NCBI GenBank assembly: GCA_934098385.1
Contig: CAKOOJ010000001.1
Coordinates: 13,717-77,716, forward strand
DNA from: an uncultured Bacilli bacterium
Lineage (GTDB): Bacteria; Bacillota_I; Bacilli_A; RF39; UBA660
DNA length: 64,000 bases
Direction of reading: 5' to 3'
Positions 30,175 through 40,554 of this stretch are shown one piece after another. Numbering within the stretch: the first letter of the stretch is position 1; each line of letters opens with the position of its first letter. The translations under genes and the position numbers were made by a program. Below the pieces are notes generated by a model that saw only the letters and a list, made by a program, of their open reading frames with translations, made no database searches and was not told where the DNA came from.

Positions 30175-32025
30175 TTATTTTAAGAAACCGTCTCTCTTTA
30201 ATACACCGATAATAGCATTTGCACAACCAGTTGGAGTTGAACAATAAGGACTTACTTCGTTAATAACACTTGCTTTATATTCATCAGTCATTGTGTTAAC
30301 ATTTCCTTTAGTATCAATTCTATCAACGATAGTCTTAATTTCACCTAATTTAGTATTTAATCTAGATTCTACATCTGCTATAGCAGTATTTAAATTGTCT
30401 ATTTTACTAAATACAGTATCAGTTGTCGTATCAGTACCATATAATTTAGTTGCAATATCTAACACTTTATTCTTAGTATCATCAGTAGTATTTTTAATTG
30501 TAGTTACATTACTACTTATTGAATTTAATTTTCCAAAAATTGTATCTTCTGTTGCATCATCTTTAGTACCAATTAAATCTGTACTAGCTTTTATGCTAGA
30601 AATATTTGTATTTGCACCAATTAAAGTATTTGCAATTGTAGTTCCAGCAATAGTACCTAAATTATTAACTATATTATTAGTATCATTTTTAACATATGCA
30701 ATATTACTATCGACAGTATTAAATCTTTCAGTTAATGTTTCAGTACTTGTACCCATAATTTTATCTAAAATTTCTTGTTTACTGCTATTAACTACAGTTT
30801 TAGTCTTAGTATTTATATCTTTTCTAGTTTTTTCAACTTTTTCATTAACTTTTTTAGTTTCTTCTTTAATATTTTGATTTATATTAACTCTTGCATTATT
30901 TACCTTAGTACTTACTGTTTCGTTAATATTTTTTCTTGAATTTTCAATTTTTTCATTAACTTTTTTAGTTTCTTCTTTAATATTTTGATTTATATTAACT
31001 CTTGCATTATTTACCTTAGTACTTACTGTTTCGTTAATATTTTTTCTTGAATTTTCAATTTTTTCTATAATTAATGTTCTTGCATCTTTAACATTTTTAT
31101 TTATGTTAAGTCTTGCATTATTTACCTTAGTACTTACTGTTTCATTAATATTTTTTCTTGAATTTTCAACTTTAGTTGTGATAACATTTCTAGCATTAAG
31201 TATAGAATTTTCTAATAATATTTCTGCAGCATCAATGTGACTATTTATTAACACTCTATTTGCATCTACATTATTATTTATTATATCTCTATTAGCATCT
31301 GTATTTGAAATTATTAAATTTCTATTTGCATCCACATTATTATTTATTATATCTCTATTTGCATTTGTATTTGCATTTATTAAATCTCTGTTTGCGTCTA
31401 CATTATTATTTATTATATCTCTATTTGCATTTGTATTTGCATTTATTAAATCTCTGTTTGCGTCTACATTATTATTTATTATATCTCTATTTGCATTTGT
31501 ATTTATGTTTACTAATTCTCTATTTGCATCACTATGTTCAACAGCTAATCTTAATGCAGTGCTTATAGCATTATTAAGTAAAGCCTCAGCTGCATCTACA
31601 TTATCATTAATAGATTTAGTATTATCTTTTGCATTACTAATAATCTCTTCTGTATTTTCTTCATCATTCTTAACAATTTCATCTTTACTATTAGTAATAT
31701 TTTCATTAATATTATCTTTTGTTTCATCTAACTTAGTATTAGTTTTAGAATAATTAGAATTAACATTTTTCTTAACATTATCTATTTTTTCTTGAGTTAA
31801 TGAATCATTATCATTCATTTTTTTATTAGTTTCATCATTTAATTTCTTAGCTTCATTTCTAGTATCATCTATAGAACTAACTACTTCAGGAATACTTTCA
31901 TTATCTACTTTATATACTTTAACTATATTAAATATACCTAGTATTAAAAGTATACCTACAATAGAAGTTATTACAATACTAAAAATCTTTGTTGTATCTT
32001 TTTTCATACTTCTTTTAAACTCCAT
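30175..32025 (-). CDS. N-terminally membrane-anchored, repeat-rich, probably elongated extracellular protein.
   Basis: Single TM segment (IFSIVITSIVGILLILGIF). 11/22-aa repeats (N/D)ANRD(I/L)IN.N. 37-aa repeats ENSRKNINETVSTKVNNARVNINQNIKEETKKVNEKI. T/N/D-rich C-terminal region ending in two Cys (SPYCSTPTGC). Confidence 0.7.
   Translation of the reverse strand: MEFKRSMKKDTTKIFSIVITSIVGILLILGIFNIVKVYKVDNESIPEVVSSIDDTRNEAKKLNDETNKKMNDNDSLTQEKIDNVKKNVNSNYSKTNTKLDETKDNINENITNSKDEIVKNDEENTEEIISNAKDNTKSINDNVDAAEALLNNAISTALRLAVEHSDANRELVNINTNANRDIINNNVDANRDLINANTNANRDIINNNVDANRDLINANTNANRDIINNNVDANRNLIISNTDANRDIINNNVDANRVLINSHIDAAEILLENSILNARNVITTKVENSRKNINETVSTKVNNARLNINKNVKDARTLIIEKIENSRKNINETVSTKVNNARVNINQNIKEETKKVNEKIENSRKNINETVSTKVNNARVNINQNIKEETKKVNEKVEKTRKDINTKTKTVVNSSKQEILDKIMGTSTETLTERFNTVDSNIAYVKNDTNNIVNNLGTIAGTTIANTLIGANTNISSIKASTDLIGTKDDATEDTIFGKLNSISSNVTTIKNTTDDTKNKVLDIATKLYGTDTTTDTVFSKIDNLNTAIADVESRLNTKLGEIKTIVDRIDTKGNVNTMTDEYKASVINEVSPYCSTPTGCANAIIGVLKRDGFLK
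30841..31173. repeat. 111-nt (37-aa) tandem repeat, three copies.
   Basis: Copies 30841-30951 and 30952-31062 are identical base for base. The third copy (31063-31173) has diverged in its first half. Confidence 0.95.
31287..31504. repeat. 66-nt (22-aa) tandem repeat with a 33-nt sub-period, about 3.3 copies plus degenerate flanks.
   Basis: 31353-31418 and 31419-31484 are identical. 31287-31352 is diverged. The 20 nt from 31485 start another copy. Confidence 0.95.
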
Positions 32026-32029
32026 TCTT

Positions 32030-33157
32030 CTATTTTATTTTTATTTTTTCGTAAGCACCATAATATGTTATCTTTAGATCTTTAAGAGCGTCTTTTATAT
32101 CTTTTATGCATTTTTCTTCTCTTAAATCATCATAATAACTATTTAGTTTTTTATCATCAAGTTCTAGTTTTTGTATTATATGATAAGCATATTTTGTTTT
32201 AATTGGTTCACTTACATCACCAGGAGATAGTTTTTTTATTTCATCTTCAAGCTCACTTAATAATTCACCATTTTTATAGTATAACTCATAATTATTATCA
32301 TCTTCATCATTTGCTTCACTGTATTTTTTTATCAAGTCATCAAAATTAACACCACTTCTAGCTTCACTTACAATATTTTTAGCAAGGGCTTCTTTTTGAT
32401 TTATAGTAGTACTATTAAGATTTTTACCGGTATTTAAATCTACTATAGTAAGTACTATTTGTTTTATCTTCATATAATTATCTTTATAAGAAGATAAAGC
32501 ATCATTTTTTTCTTCTTCTGTTAAATCATTTATTTTTCCATTACTATATAATTTTTTTATTATTCTCTTATATAGTTTATCAGTTTCACTCATCTTATCA
32601 TAAGATTTATCTGTAGTATTATTTTTCTTCAAGAATTTTCTATATTCTTTCATACCACCTAAACTTTTAATAAATGATTTCTTTTCTTTATCAAGTTCTT
32701 TTCTATCTTCATTAGTTAATTCTATATTATTTTTACTTGCAATTGATTTTATTGCAGAAGCAGTTTTTATGTCACTAATTGCTACTTCTTTTAAATAGTC
32801 ACGCATTGTCATTTTATTTTCATCATCATACATGACATTTAAATCTTCACTCGTTATATCATTAACTTTATCCTTGTAGTAATTATATTTAGCAGAATAA
32901 ATATATATCATATAATCACTTTTATTATAAGTATAATTATCTATACTAACTATTTTAGTATTATATGAACCTTTATTGATACCAAATGTAATTCCAATAA
33001 CAGTAAGAATTAATATAAAAGATAATATAAAGTATACTTTATATTTGTTTAACTTTGTTAAACAAATATTTATTTTATTTTTAGTATCTTTATTAAGTGT
33101 TTTCCTTTCTCCTTGTCTTTTACTTATTACTTTATCGTTTTTTATTCTTTTTGCCAT
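32030..33157 (-). CDS. prsA: PrsA-like parvulin-type peptidyl-prolyl isomerase, TM-anchored.
   Basis: TM segment after a basic N-terminus. The PpiC signature region is ...SPGDVSEPIKTKYAYHIIQK. Its stop lies 4 nt before the 616-aa gene. Confidence 0.7.
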   Translation of the reverse strand: MAKRIKNDKVISKRQGERKTLNKDTKNKINICLTKLNKYKVYFILSFILILTVIGITFGINKGSYNTKIVSIDNYTYNKSDYMIYIYSAKYNYYKDKVNDITSEDLNVMYDDENKMTMRDYLKEVAISDIKTASAIKSIASKNNIELTNEDRKELDKEKKSFIKSLGGMKEYRKFLKKNNTTDKSYDKMSETDKLYKRIIKKLYSNGKINDLTEEEKNDALSSYKDNYMKIKQIVLTIVDLNTGKNLNSTTINQKEALAKNIVSEARSGVNFDDLIKKYSEANDEDDNNYELYYKNGELLSELEDEIKKLSPGDVSEPIKTKYAYHIIQKLELDDKKLNSYYDDLREEKCIKDIKDALKDLKITYYGAYEKIKIK

Positions 33158-33321
33158 GTACCTACACTCCTATCCTAGCCAATATTACCCTCTTAAAAGT
33201 AATAATTACTTTTTATTCTATACAAAATAATTATTTCTGTCAATTAATATTATTAAAAAATTTGCATTTTTATGAAATTTGTTATATTATATACTTCACC
33301 AATTAAGAAAGGGGATTTTTT

Positions 33322-33714
33322 ATGATTAGAATTACATCAATTTCAATATCTAATGTAGATAGAGAAAGAAAACTGGAAATACAAGAAAGAGCTAAAAATG
33401 TTATTGAGATAATTAAGAGATATAATATAGAAAATTGGTATTCTATCGATTATAAACTTGATAGATGTGCTAGATTATGTCGTGACTTATTTGATGATAA
33501 TATGAACGAACATGAAAAAAGTATTTTTTATTTATATGTGTTATTTCCTGATGATATTAAGTTTATGAATTTAATTGAGCAATATGAAAAGAATGCTACA
33601 AAAATTGCTAAAGTATATAATTTAAATAAAGATATTGTTAAATTAAGATATAAACTATATAAAAGTGTAATTGATGTTAAAACATTGAATTTAAAAAATA
33701 ATAGTCAAAACTAA
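33322..33714 (+). CDS. Hypothetical small protein, possibly with a helix-turn-helix.
   Basis: 130-aa ORF with RBS AAAGGGGA and an upstream TTGCAT-N17-TATTAT. The resemblance to a sigma region-4-like HTH is weak. Confidence 0.4.
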   Translation: MIRITSISISNVDRERKLEIQERAKNVIEIIKRYNIENWYSIDYKLDRCARLCRDLFDDNMNEHEKSIFYLYVLFPDDIKFMNLIEQYEKNATKIAKVYNLNKDIVKLRYKLYKSVIDVKTLNLKNNSQN

Positions 33715-34745
33715 CTATTATTTTTTTCTATATACATTGCATCTCCAAAAGAGAAAAATCTATATTTATTTAAAACAGCTACTCTATATGCATTTAGTAT
33801 ATATTCTTTTTTAGAAAAAGCACTTACTAACATGACTAATGTACTCTTTGGTAAATGAAAATTAGTTATTAAACCATCTACTCCTTTAAATTTAAAACCA
33901 GGATATATAAATATATCAGTCTCTCCAGTAGCTGGCACAAATTCGTTATTATCTCTCATAATAGTTTCTAGTGTTCTAGTACTGGTTGTGCCTACTGCAA
34001 TAATTCTTTTACCATTTTTTCTTACTTTATTTAAAGTATTAGCAGCCTTTTCTGTCATTATATAATGTTCACTATGCATTTTATGTTTAGTTACATCACT
34101 TACATTAACTGGTCTAAAAGTACCAAGTCCAACATGTAAAGTTATATGAACAATTTCTATTCCTTTTTCTTTTATAGAATTAAGTAGTTCTTTTGTGAAG
34201 TGTAATCCAGCAGTTGGAGCAGCAGCGGATCCATAATTTAAAGCATATACAGTTTGATATCTATCTTTATCTTTTAATTTCTCATGAATATAAGGTGGTA
34301 AAGGCATAGAACCTAATTTATCTAATATTTCCATTAAAATTCCATCATATATAAGTTCTACTCTAGTAATTCCTTCTTCTTTTATACCCACAACTTTTGC
34401 TTTTAATATTCCTTCTCCAAATGTAATTATAGTATCTTCTTTTAAACGTTTTTGTGGTTTAGCTAAACACTCCCAAATATTTTTTCCTAAATCATTTAGT
34501 AACAGTAACTCTATTACAGCACCTGTACTTTCTTTTATACCAATTAACCTCGCTGGTATTACTTTAGTATCATTAATTACTAAAGCATCTCCTTTATTTA
34601 AATAATCTATAATATTATAAAACTTTTTATGTTCTATATTTCCATCTTTATCCAATACCATTAATTTGCTATCACTTCTATTTTCTAGTGGAGTTTGTGC
34701 AATTAATTCTTGTGGTAAATAGTAATCAAAATCATCGGTTTTCAT
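33711..34745 (-). CDS. queA: S-adenosylmethionine:tRNA ribosyltransferase-isomerase.
   Basis: [36 protein letters not shown], and [13 protein letters not shown]-like blocks. Confidence 0.95.
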   Translation of the reverse strand: MKTDDFDYYLPQELIAQTPLENRSDSKLMVLDKDGNIEHKKFYNIIDYLNKGDALVINDTKVIPARLIGIKESTGAVIELLLLNDLGKNIWECLAKPQKRLKEDTIITFGEGILKAKVVGIKEEGITRVELIYDGILMEILDKLGSMPLPPYIHEKLKDKDRYQTVYALNYGSAAAPTAGLHFTKELLNSIKEKGIEIVHITLHVGLGTFRPVNVSDVTKHKMHSEHYIMTEKAANTLNKVRKNGKRIIAVGTTSTRTLETIMRDNNEFVPATGETDIFIYPGFKFKGVDGLITNFHLPKSTLVMLVSAFSKKEYILNAYRVAVLNKYRFFSFGDAMYIEKNNS

Positions 34746-34804
34746 TTATAAATCAACTCCCAAAAAGAATTATAACAAAGTTATAGAAATTCTTCAATTA
34801 GTTA

Positions 34805-34833
34805 TTGTCTATTTGTTTTTATTATGTTATAAT
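34805..34833 (+). promoter_or_regulatory. Candidate sigma-A promoter of tRNA-Trp.
   Basis: TTGTCT (34805-34810), 17-nt spacer, TATAAT (34828-34833), about 11 nt before the tRNA. Confidence 0.5.
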
Positions 34834-34844
34834 TTAGAAGTCAC

Positions 34845-34918
34845 AGGGGTGTGGTATAATGGTAGCATAGGAGTCTCCAAAACTTTTGATGGGAGTTCGA
34901 TTCTCTCCACCCCTGCCA
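34845..34918 (+). tRNA. tRNA-Trp (anticodon CCA), encoded CCA end.
   Basis: Acceptor AGGGGTG/CACCCCT, anticodon loop CTCCAAA, T-loop TTCGATT, 74 nt. Closely resembles remembered Bacillus tRNA-Trp. Confidence 0.9.
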
Positions 34919-34928
34919 TTTTGAAAAC

Positions 34929-34954
34929 AACTAACTTATTGTTAGTTTTTTTTT
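34929..34954 (+). terminator. Intrinsic terminator after tRNA-Trp.
   Basis: Stem aactaac / gttagtt followed by a T-run of about 9. Confidence 0.7.
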
Positions 34955-35013
34955 ATACCTAAAACTTTATCATTACATTATTTCATTTATCACGTATTAT
35001 TTCATATGATTTA

Positions 35014-35451
35014 ATGGGTGATAAAATGTTAATTAGTTATACAACAAGAGAATTAGATTTAGTTGCAAGATTAATGAGAGCTGAAGCAGTCGGCGAAGGA
35101 AACTTAGGAATGCTCATGGTTGGTAATGTAATAGTTAATCGTGCCATAGCTACCTGTGACGTATTCAAAGATATTAGAACTTTATATGATGTAGTATATC
35201 AAAATCCAGGAGGATTTGTTGGTGTTAATTCATCTTTATTTTATTCATCTAGTACAACGCTTGAAAAGAATTTAGCAAAAAGAGTAATAACTGGAGAATA
35301 TTATCATCCTGCTACACATGCCTTATGGTTTTATGCTCCTGGAACCGGAAATAATTGTAAATCAGATTTTTATGGTCAACCATTATCTGGAAGATACAAA
35401 AATCACTGTTTTTATAAACCTATACAAGGTATGTGCAAAGAACTATATTAA
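35014..35451 (+). CDS. SleB/CwlJ-family cell-wall (spore cortex) hydrolase.
   Basis: LDLVARLMRAEAVGEG..GMLMVGNVIVNRA is the Hydrolase_2 signature. The start could instead be the ATG at 35026, after GGGTGA. Confidence 0.8.
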   Translation: MGDKMLISYTTRELDLVARLMRAEAVGEGNLGMLMVGNVIVNRAIATCDVFKDIRTLYDVVYQNPGGFVGVNSSLFYSSSTTLEKNLAKRVITGEYYHPATHALWFYAPGTGNNCKSDFYGQPLSGRYKNHCFYKPIQGMCKELY

Positions 35452-35460
35452 AGTTCTTTT

Positions 35461-36012
35461 TTAATTTAAAAATTCTTCATCTTTAAAATTTTCAGTTATC
35501 TTTTTATAATTTTTATCATATTCTAAAAACTTTTTCTTAACAACTTCTGGTTTATCAAAATCTAAACATTTATTATATAAATCTTCAAGTTCATTAAGTT
35601 CTTTTTTATTATCAGCAATAGTATCTAATTTTTCATACTCTAAATAATCATACTCCAAGTATTTTTTAATACATTCCATATCTGGTGTATAACCATCTAC
35701 AAAAAACTTTTTATATATACCAAGCCCATAAACTTTTTCATAAGTAGTAGGATATTCTTCATACCCATTAGATTCCATTCTTTCTAAGTAATATTTAGTA
35801 ATCAAATCATATTTAGTTAAGTCTACTTCTTTACTTAATATTTCTTTATCAGGATAATTTATTTTAATAACAATATCATCGTCTTTCTTATAATAACTTA
35901 TAATCAATCTACCATTTAATTCATTAGATCTATAATACATCTTTTTGTTATGATATTCATCATCGCTAACAAAAATATAAAACGCTTTATCATCATATAA
36001 CATTAGTATCAC
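35461..36012 (-). CDS. Hypothetical protein.
   Basis: 183-aa ORF with no recognised motif. Confidence 0.45.
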   Translation of the reverse strand: MILMLYDDKAFYIFVSDDEYHNKKMYYRSNELNGRLIISYYKKDDDIVIKINYPDKEILSKEVDLTKYDLITKYYLERMESNGYEEYPTTYEKVYGLGIYKKFFVDGYTPDMECIKKYLEYDYLEYEKLDTIADNKKELNELEDLYNKCLDFDKPEVVKKKFLEYDKNYKKITENFKDEEFLN

Positions 36013-36059
36013 TCCCTATCATAATTTTATCACATATTAGAAAAAAAGAAATAGATAAT

Positions 36060-38399
36060 TTACTCCCATTTCCAATTTTCTACTTCTTCTAAATCTGTTC
36101 CATATTGTTCTATATGTATATTATGTTTAATTAATTCTTTTACGCAATAATTTGTTAAATTAAATTTATCAAAATCATCAGATATATGTTTTACTACTTC
36201 AAGACATATATTAAATCTATCTATCTTATTTATAACTCTCATATCAAATGGTGTAGTTATTCTACCCTCTTCTTGATATCCAAGTACAGTTAAATCTCTA
36301 TTATTTCTATCTATAGTTAATTCTTTTATTAAATTAGGATAACCATGGAATACAAATATATTAGGTTTATCTGTAGTAAATAAGTAATCATATTCTATAT
36401 CTTTTAAACCGATATTACTTTCTTTTGTGAGTTTTAATAGATTAACAACATTAACTACTCTTACTTTTAATTCTGGAATATATTTTTTTAGTATTGTTTT
36501 AGCTGCTAAAACTTCTAAAGTTGGGGTATCTCCTGCACAAGTTAAAACTATATCTGGTTCTTCATCGCTAGCCCATTTCCAAATACTAGCTCCATTTTTA
36601 AAATGTTTTTTTGCTTGATCCATTGTTAACCATTCTGGTCTTTCGTGTTTGCTAGCAACAATAGCATTTACTTTATTATTTGTTTTTAATATTTCGTTCA
36701 TAGTTACTATCAAAGTATTAGCATCTGCTGGTAAATATAAACCAATCATATCTTTCTTTTTACATGCTAAATGATTTAAAAAACCTGGTTCTTGATGTGT
36801 ATACCCATTATGATCTTGTTGCCATATATGACTTGTTAAAATTATATTTAATGATGGTATAGGTTTTCTCCACTTTATTTCACTCGAAGCTTTAATCCAT
36901 TTTATATGTTGGCTTACCATAGAATCAATTATTCTACTAAAGGCTTCATATGTATGAAATATACCATGTCTACCAGTAAGGGTATAGCCTTCTAATAAAC
37001 CTTCACAAACATTTTCTGATAAGAAACTATCTATAATTCTACCATTATGATTTAAATAATCATCACTAGGTATAATTTTCATATTCCATTCTCTATTAGT
37101 AACGTCAAATACATAGTTAAGTCTATTTGAAAGTGCTTCGTCTGGACCAAATATTCTAAAATTAGTAGGATTATATTTTATAACATCTCTTAAATATACT
37201 CCTAATTCTTTCATATCCATTCCCTTTTTACTACCAGGTTTATCTAACTTAATTCCATAATTATAAATATTTGGTAATAATAATTTATTAATTAGTAAAC
37301 CACCATTAGCATACTTAGACATACCCATTCTCATATTAACATCAGGAATAAACATTCTATATTTATCTCTTAATCTTCCATTTTCATCAAATAATTCTTC
37401 TGGCTTATAACTTCTTAGCCAATTATCTAACACATTTAAAAGTTCCGGATGTTCCTTATCAACAACAATAGGTACTTGATGGCTTCTAAATGAACCTTCT
37501 ATTTGTTTTCCATCAATTCTATTTGGACCAGTCCAACCTTTAGGACTACGTAATATAATTAATGGTAATCTTAAATGAACATCATCATCTGCTAAGGATT
37601 TTCTAAGTTTGATTTGTTTAATTGCATAATCCATAACTTCTGCCATTCTTTCGTGCATATATCTAGTATCAGTTCCACTTACAAAAAGCACTTCATACCC
37701 CATTGCACTAAACATTTCTTCTAATGCATCATCATTCATTCTTCCCAATATGGTAGGATTAGCTATTTTATAACCATTTAAATGTAAAATTGGTAAAACT
37801 GTTCCATCATTTTTTATATTTATAAATTTATTTAGATGCCAACTAGTAGCAAGAGTCCCAGTTTCAGCTTCTCCATCTCCAACAACACATGCCGCAATTA
37901 AATTTGGATTATCAAGTACCGCTCCATAAGCATGAGCCAAACTATATCCAAGTTCCCCTCCTTCATTTATTGAACCAGGAGTTTCTGGTGCAACATGACT
38001 AGATACACCTTTTGGAAAAGAAAATCTTCTACATAATTTTAGTATTCCATCTTCATTTTCTTTAATATCTGGATAAAATAAACTATAAGTTCCTTCAAGG
38101 TAATTATTACTTATCATAGCTTGACCGCCATGACCAGGACCAGATATATAAATCATTTCCACATTATGCTTTTTTATGACTCTGTTTAAATGAGTATATA
38201 TAAAATTTTGTCCAGGAGCAGTTCCCCAATGCCCTACTAATCTAGGTTTAATATCATCAATAGTTAATTTATTTCTAAGTAACGGATTATTTAACAAATA
38301 TATTTGTGCACAAGACAAATAATTTAAAGCTCTAAAATAACCATCAATACTAGTTAATTCTTCTTCATTTAATACATTATTAATATCTTTTTTATTCAT
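36060..38399 (-). CDS. xfp: Xylulose-5-phosphate/fructose-6-phosphate phosphoketolase.
   Basis: 779 aa with GHWGTAPGQNFIYTHLNR, EGGELGYSL and GDGEAETG (ThDP-binding) motifs. Confidence 0.95.
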   Translation of the reverse strand: MNKKDINNVLNEEELTSIDGYFRALNYLSCAQIYLLNNPLLRNKLTIDDIKPRLVGHWGTAPGQNFIYTHLNRVIKKHNVEMIYISGPGHGGQAMISNNYLEGTYSLFYPDIKENEDGILKLCRRFSFPKGVSSHVAPETPGSINEGGELGYSLAHAYGAVLDNPNLIAACVVGDGEAETGTLATSWHLNKFINIKNDGTVLPILHLNGYKIANPTILGRMNDDALEEMFSAMGYEVLFVSGTDTRYMHERMAEVMDYAIKQIKLRKSLADDDVHLRLPLIILRSPKGWTGPNRIDGKQIEGSFRSHQVPIVVDKEHPELLNVLDNWLRSYKPEELFDENGRLRDKYRMFIPDVNMRMGMSKYANGGLLINKLLLPNIYNYGIKLDKPGSKKGMDMKELGVYLRDVIKYNPTNFRIFGPDEALSNRLNYVFDVTNREWNMKIIPSDDYLNHNGRIIDSFLSENVCEGLLEGYTLTGRHGIFHTYEAFSRIIDSMVSQHIKWIKASSEIKWRKPIPSLNIILTSHIWQQDHNGYTHQEPGFLNHLACKKKDMIGLYLPADANTLIVTMNEILKTNNKVNAIVASKHERPEWLTMDQAKKHFKNGASIWKWASDEEPDIVLTCAGDTPTLEVLAAKTILKKYIPELKVRVVNVVNLLKLTKESNIGLKDIEYDYLFTTDKPNIFVFHGYPNLIKELTIDRNNRDLTVLGYQEEGRITTPFDMRVINKIDRFNICLEVVKHISDDFDKFNLTNYCVKELIKHNIHIEQYGTDLEEVENWKWE

Positions 38400-38453
38400 A
38401 ATACCCTTCCTTATTCTAAAAAAATTATATCAAAATTATTATAAAAAAAAAAG

Positions 38454-39002
38454 TTAATTTTTTCTTTTTAACTCTCTTTTTAACTTTTTTATAGTTTTAT
38501 TAGAATAACTATCAAGATTATTTATATTAATTGATAAATTATTATTTTCATATTTTTTGATTATATCTTTGTTTTCTTCTTTATTTAATTCGTCAACTAT
38601 AGATAAAAAATTTCTATATTTTAATAATTCTTCGCTTTCCATAATATTTAATCCCATTAATATTATTGAGAAAACTAAACCTATTATTGCAACAATAAAT
38701 AATAAAACAATATCATTATTTACAGAATAATTTATCATATATAAAAACATAATTGAACTAACAAAATTATATATTTTTTCACTTTTTATTTTAATATTAT
38801 TATAATCAATATCTCTATTCTTAGCTTGTTTTAACATTTCTTTATTTAACTTTTCTTCATAATTATTATCTTCATCTTTTAAAATAATACTTTTACCATT
38901 TAAATATTCAACTATATAATTATTATTATCTTTTCTATAATGTTTTATAATCTCTTCTATATTCTTTGTGTTATAAAAATTCATATTATCCCCCTTTACC
39001 AA
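38454..39002 (-). CDS. Two-TM membrane protein, paralog B.
   Basis: Shares the N-terminal pattern F(Y/D).K....(I/L)I.HY....N.YIVEYL.G and LLKQA..RD.D with the upstream gene. Confidence 0.5.
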   Translation of the reverse strand: MVKGDNMNFYNTKNIEEIIKHYRKDNNNYIVEYLNGKSIILKDEDNNYEEKLNKEMLKQAKNRDIDYNNIKIKSEKIYNFVSSIMFLYMINYSVNNDIVLLFIVAIIGLVFSIILMGLNIMESEELLKYRNFLSIVDELNKEENKDIIKKYENNNLSININNLDSYSNKTIKKLKRELKRKN

Positions 39003-39005
39003 ATA

Positions 39006-39527
39006 TTAGTTATTTTTTAAAACGTATTTTTTTATCATGTTTATTGCACTATTTGGATAATAATCTAAAGTATTTATATTAAGTGGTAAATCATAAATTG
39101 TATCATATCCTAACTTCTTTAAAATACTATGATTATTTCTTAGTTTTTCTTCTATTTCTAAATAGTCATGATATTTCTTTAACTCATTATATTTATTAAA
39201 AAAGTCACAATTATTTATAACGCATATAAAACAAAAGCATATTAAAATAAGTGCAGGATAACTAAAGATGAAACCTATACCAATTGCAGATAATAATACT
39301 GATAGTATAAACCTAATATTACTTAATTTTTTATAAAATTTATACATATCTTTATCTCTAGATATTGCTTGTTTTAACAATTTTTCATTTAATTCTTTAT
39401 AATGATTCTTGTTAGAATTATAATATTTAACATAGTCGCCATCTAAATATTCAACAATATATTTATTATCTTCAAATTCATAATGACTTATTAATTTACT
39501 TAAATCCTTTTTATCATAAAATGTCAT
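39006..39527 (-). CDS. Two-TM membrane protein, paralog A.
   Basis: Same architecture as 38454-39002. The two genes are separated by 3 nt. Confidence 0.5.
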   Translation of the reverse strand: MTFYDKKDLSKLISHYEFEDNKYIVEYLDGDYVKYYNSNKNHYKELNEKLLKQAISRDKDMYKFYKKLSNIRFILSVLLSAIGIGFIFSYPALILICFCFICVINNCDFFNKYNELKKYHDYLEIEEKLRNNHSILKKLGYDTIYDLPLNINTLDYYPNSAINMIKKYVLKNN

Positions 39528-39543
39528 ATAACCCCCTATAAAT

Positions 39544-40554
39544 TTAATTATCTAAAAAATATTCTTGACTCTTACCATTTAAAGTAAAATCACTAAATTT
39601 TCCTTTTAAATAAAGTGGATATGCTGCACATGCTATCATAGTTGCATTATCAGTACAATATTTAAGTGGTGGAATTGATAAATCCACATTCATTTCTTTA
39701 CATAATTCTTCTAATTCTTTTCTTAAATAACCATTTGCACTTACACCACCCGCTACAATTAATCTTTTAATACCTGTAGATTTAATTGCTAATCTAGTTT
39801 TTCTAATAATTTCATCAATTGCAACAGTTTGGAAACTAGCAGCCATGTCTTCTCTTCTTATTTCGTTGCCTCTTTGTAATTCATTGTGAACTAAATTAAT
39901 TACAGCACTTTTTAATCCGCTAAAAGAGAAATTAATTTCTTCATTATTCATAGGAATTGGTAAATCATAAGTGTTTTTACCTAATTCAGCTAGTCTTTCT
40001 ATATTAGGCCCACCTGGATATTTAAGATCTAATACTCTAGCAACCTTATCAAAACACTCCCCTATCGCGTCGTCCTTCGTAGTACCAATAACCGTAAAAT
40101 CGTAATCACTAGTCATTTTTACAAGTTCAGTATGACCACCACTAACAACAAGTGCTAATGTAGGATATTTTATTTTTTTTACCAAATTATTTGCAAATAT
40201 ATGTCCCAATATATGGTGTACAGCAATTAGCGGTTTACCATAAACAAGTGCAAGTGTTTTTGCAAATTCTATACCAACTAATAAACTACCTAATAAACCA
40301 GGAGCATACGTTACCGCTATTGCATCCACTTCAGATATCTTCATATTTGCTTTTTTTAATAAATCACTTAATACTAAAGTAATGTTTTCTGTGTGCATAC
40401 GACTTGCTATTTCAGGTACAACACCACCATACATAGCATGAGTATCCATTTGTGTTGAAATAGTAGTAGCAATCTCTACATATCCATTTTTTACAATCGA
40501 TATACTAGTTTCATCACAACTACTCTCAATCCCTAATATATAAACATCTTTCAT
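39544..40554 (-). CDS. tsaD: tRNA N6-adenosine threonylcarbamoyltransferase.
   Basis: ILGIESSCDETS, HxxxH (VHHILGHI), and GGVSAN. Confidence 0.95.
   Translation of the reverse strand: MKDVYILGIESSCDETSISIVKNGYVEIATTISTQMDTHAMYGGVVPEIASRMHTENITLVLSDLLKKANMKISEVDAIAVTYAPGLLGSLLVGIEFAKTLALVYGKPLIAVHHILGHIFANNLVKKIKYPTLALVVSGGHTELVKMTSDYDFTVIGTTKDDAIGECFDKVARVLDLKYPGGPNIERLAELGKNTYDLPIPMNNEEINFSFSGLKSAVINLVHNELQRGNEIRREDMAASFQTVAIDEIIRKTRLAIKSTGIKRLIVAGGVSANGYLRKELEELCKEMNVDLSIPPLKYCTDNATMIACAAYPLYLKGKFSDFTLNGKSQEYFLDN

Noticed and set aside
30841-31504. A possible CRISPR array, suggested by the highly regular direct repeats.
   Set aside because: The repeats are contiguous, with no unique spacers. 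Their periods (66 and 111 nt) are multiples of three, and they lie in frame inside a 616-aa ORF. No cas genes are present.
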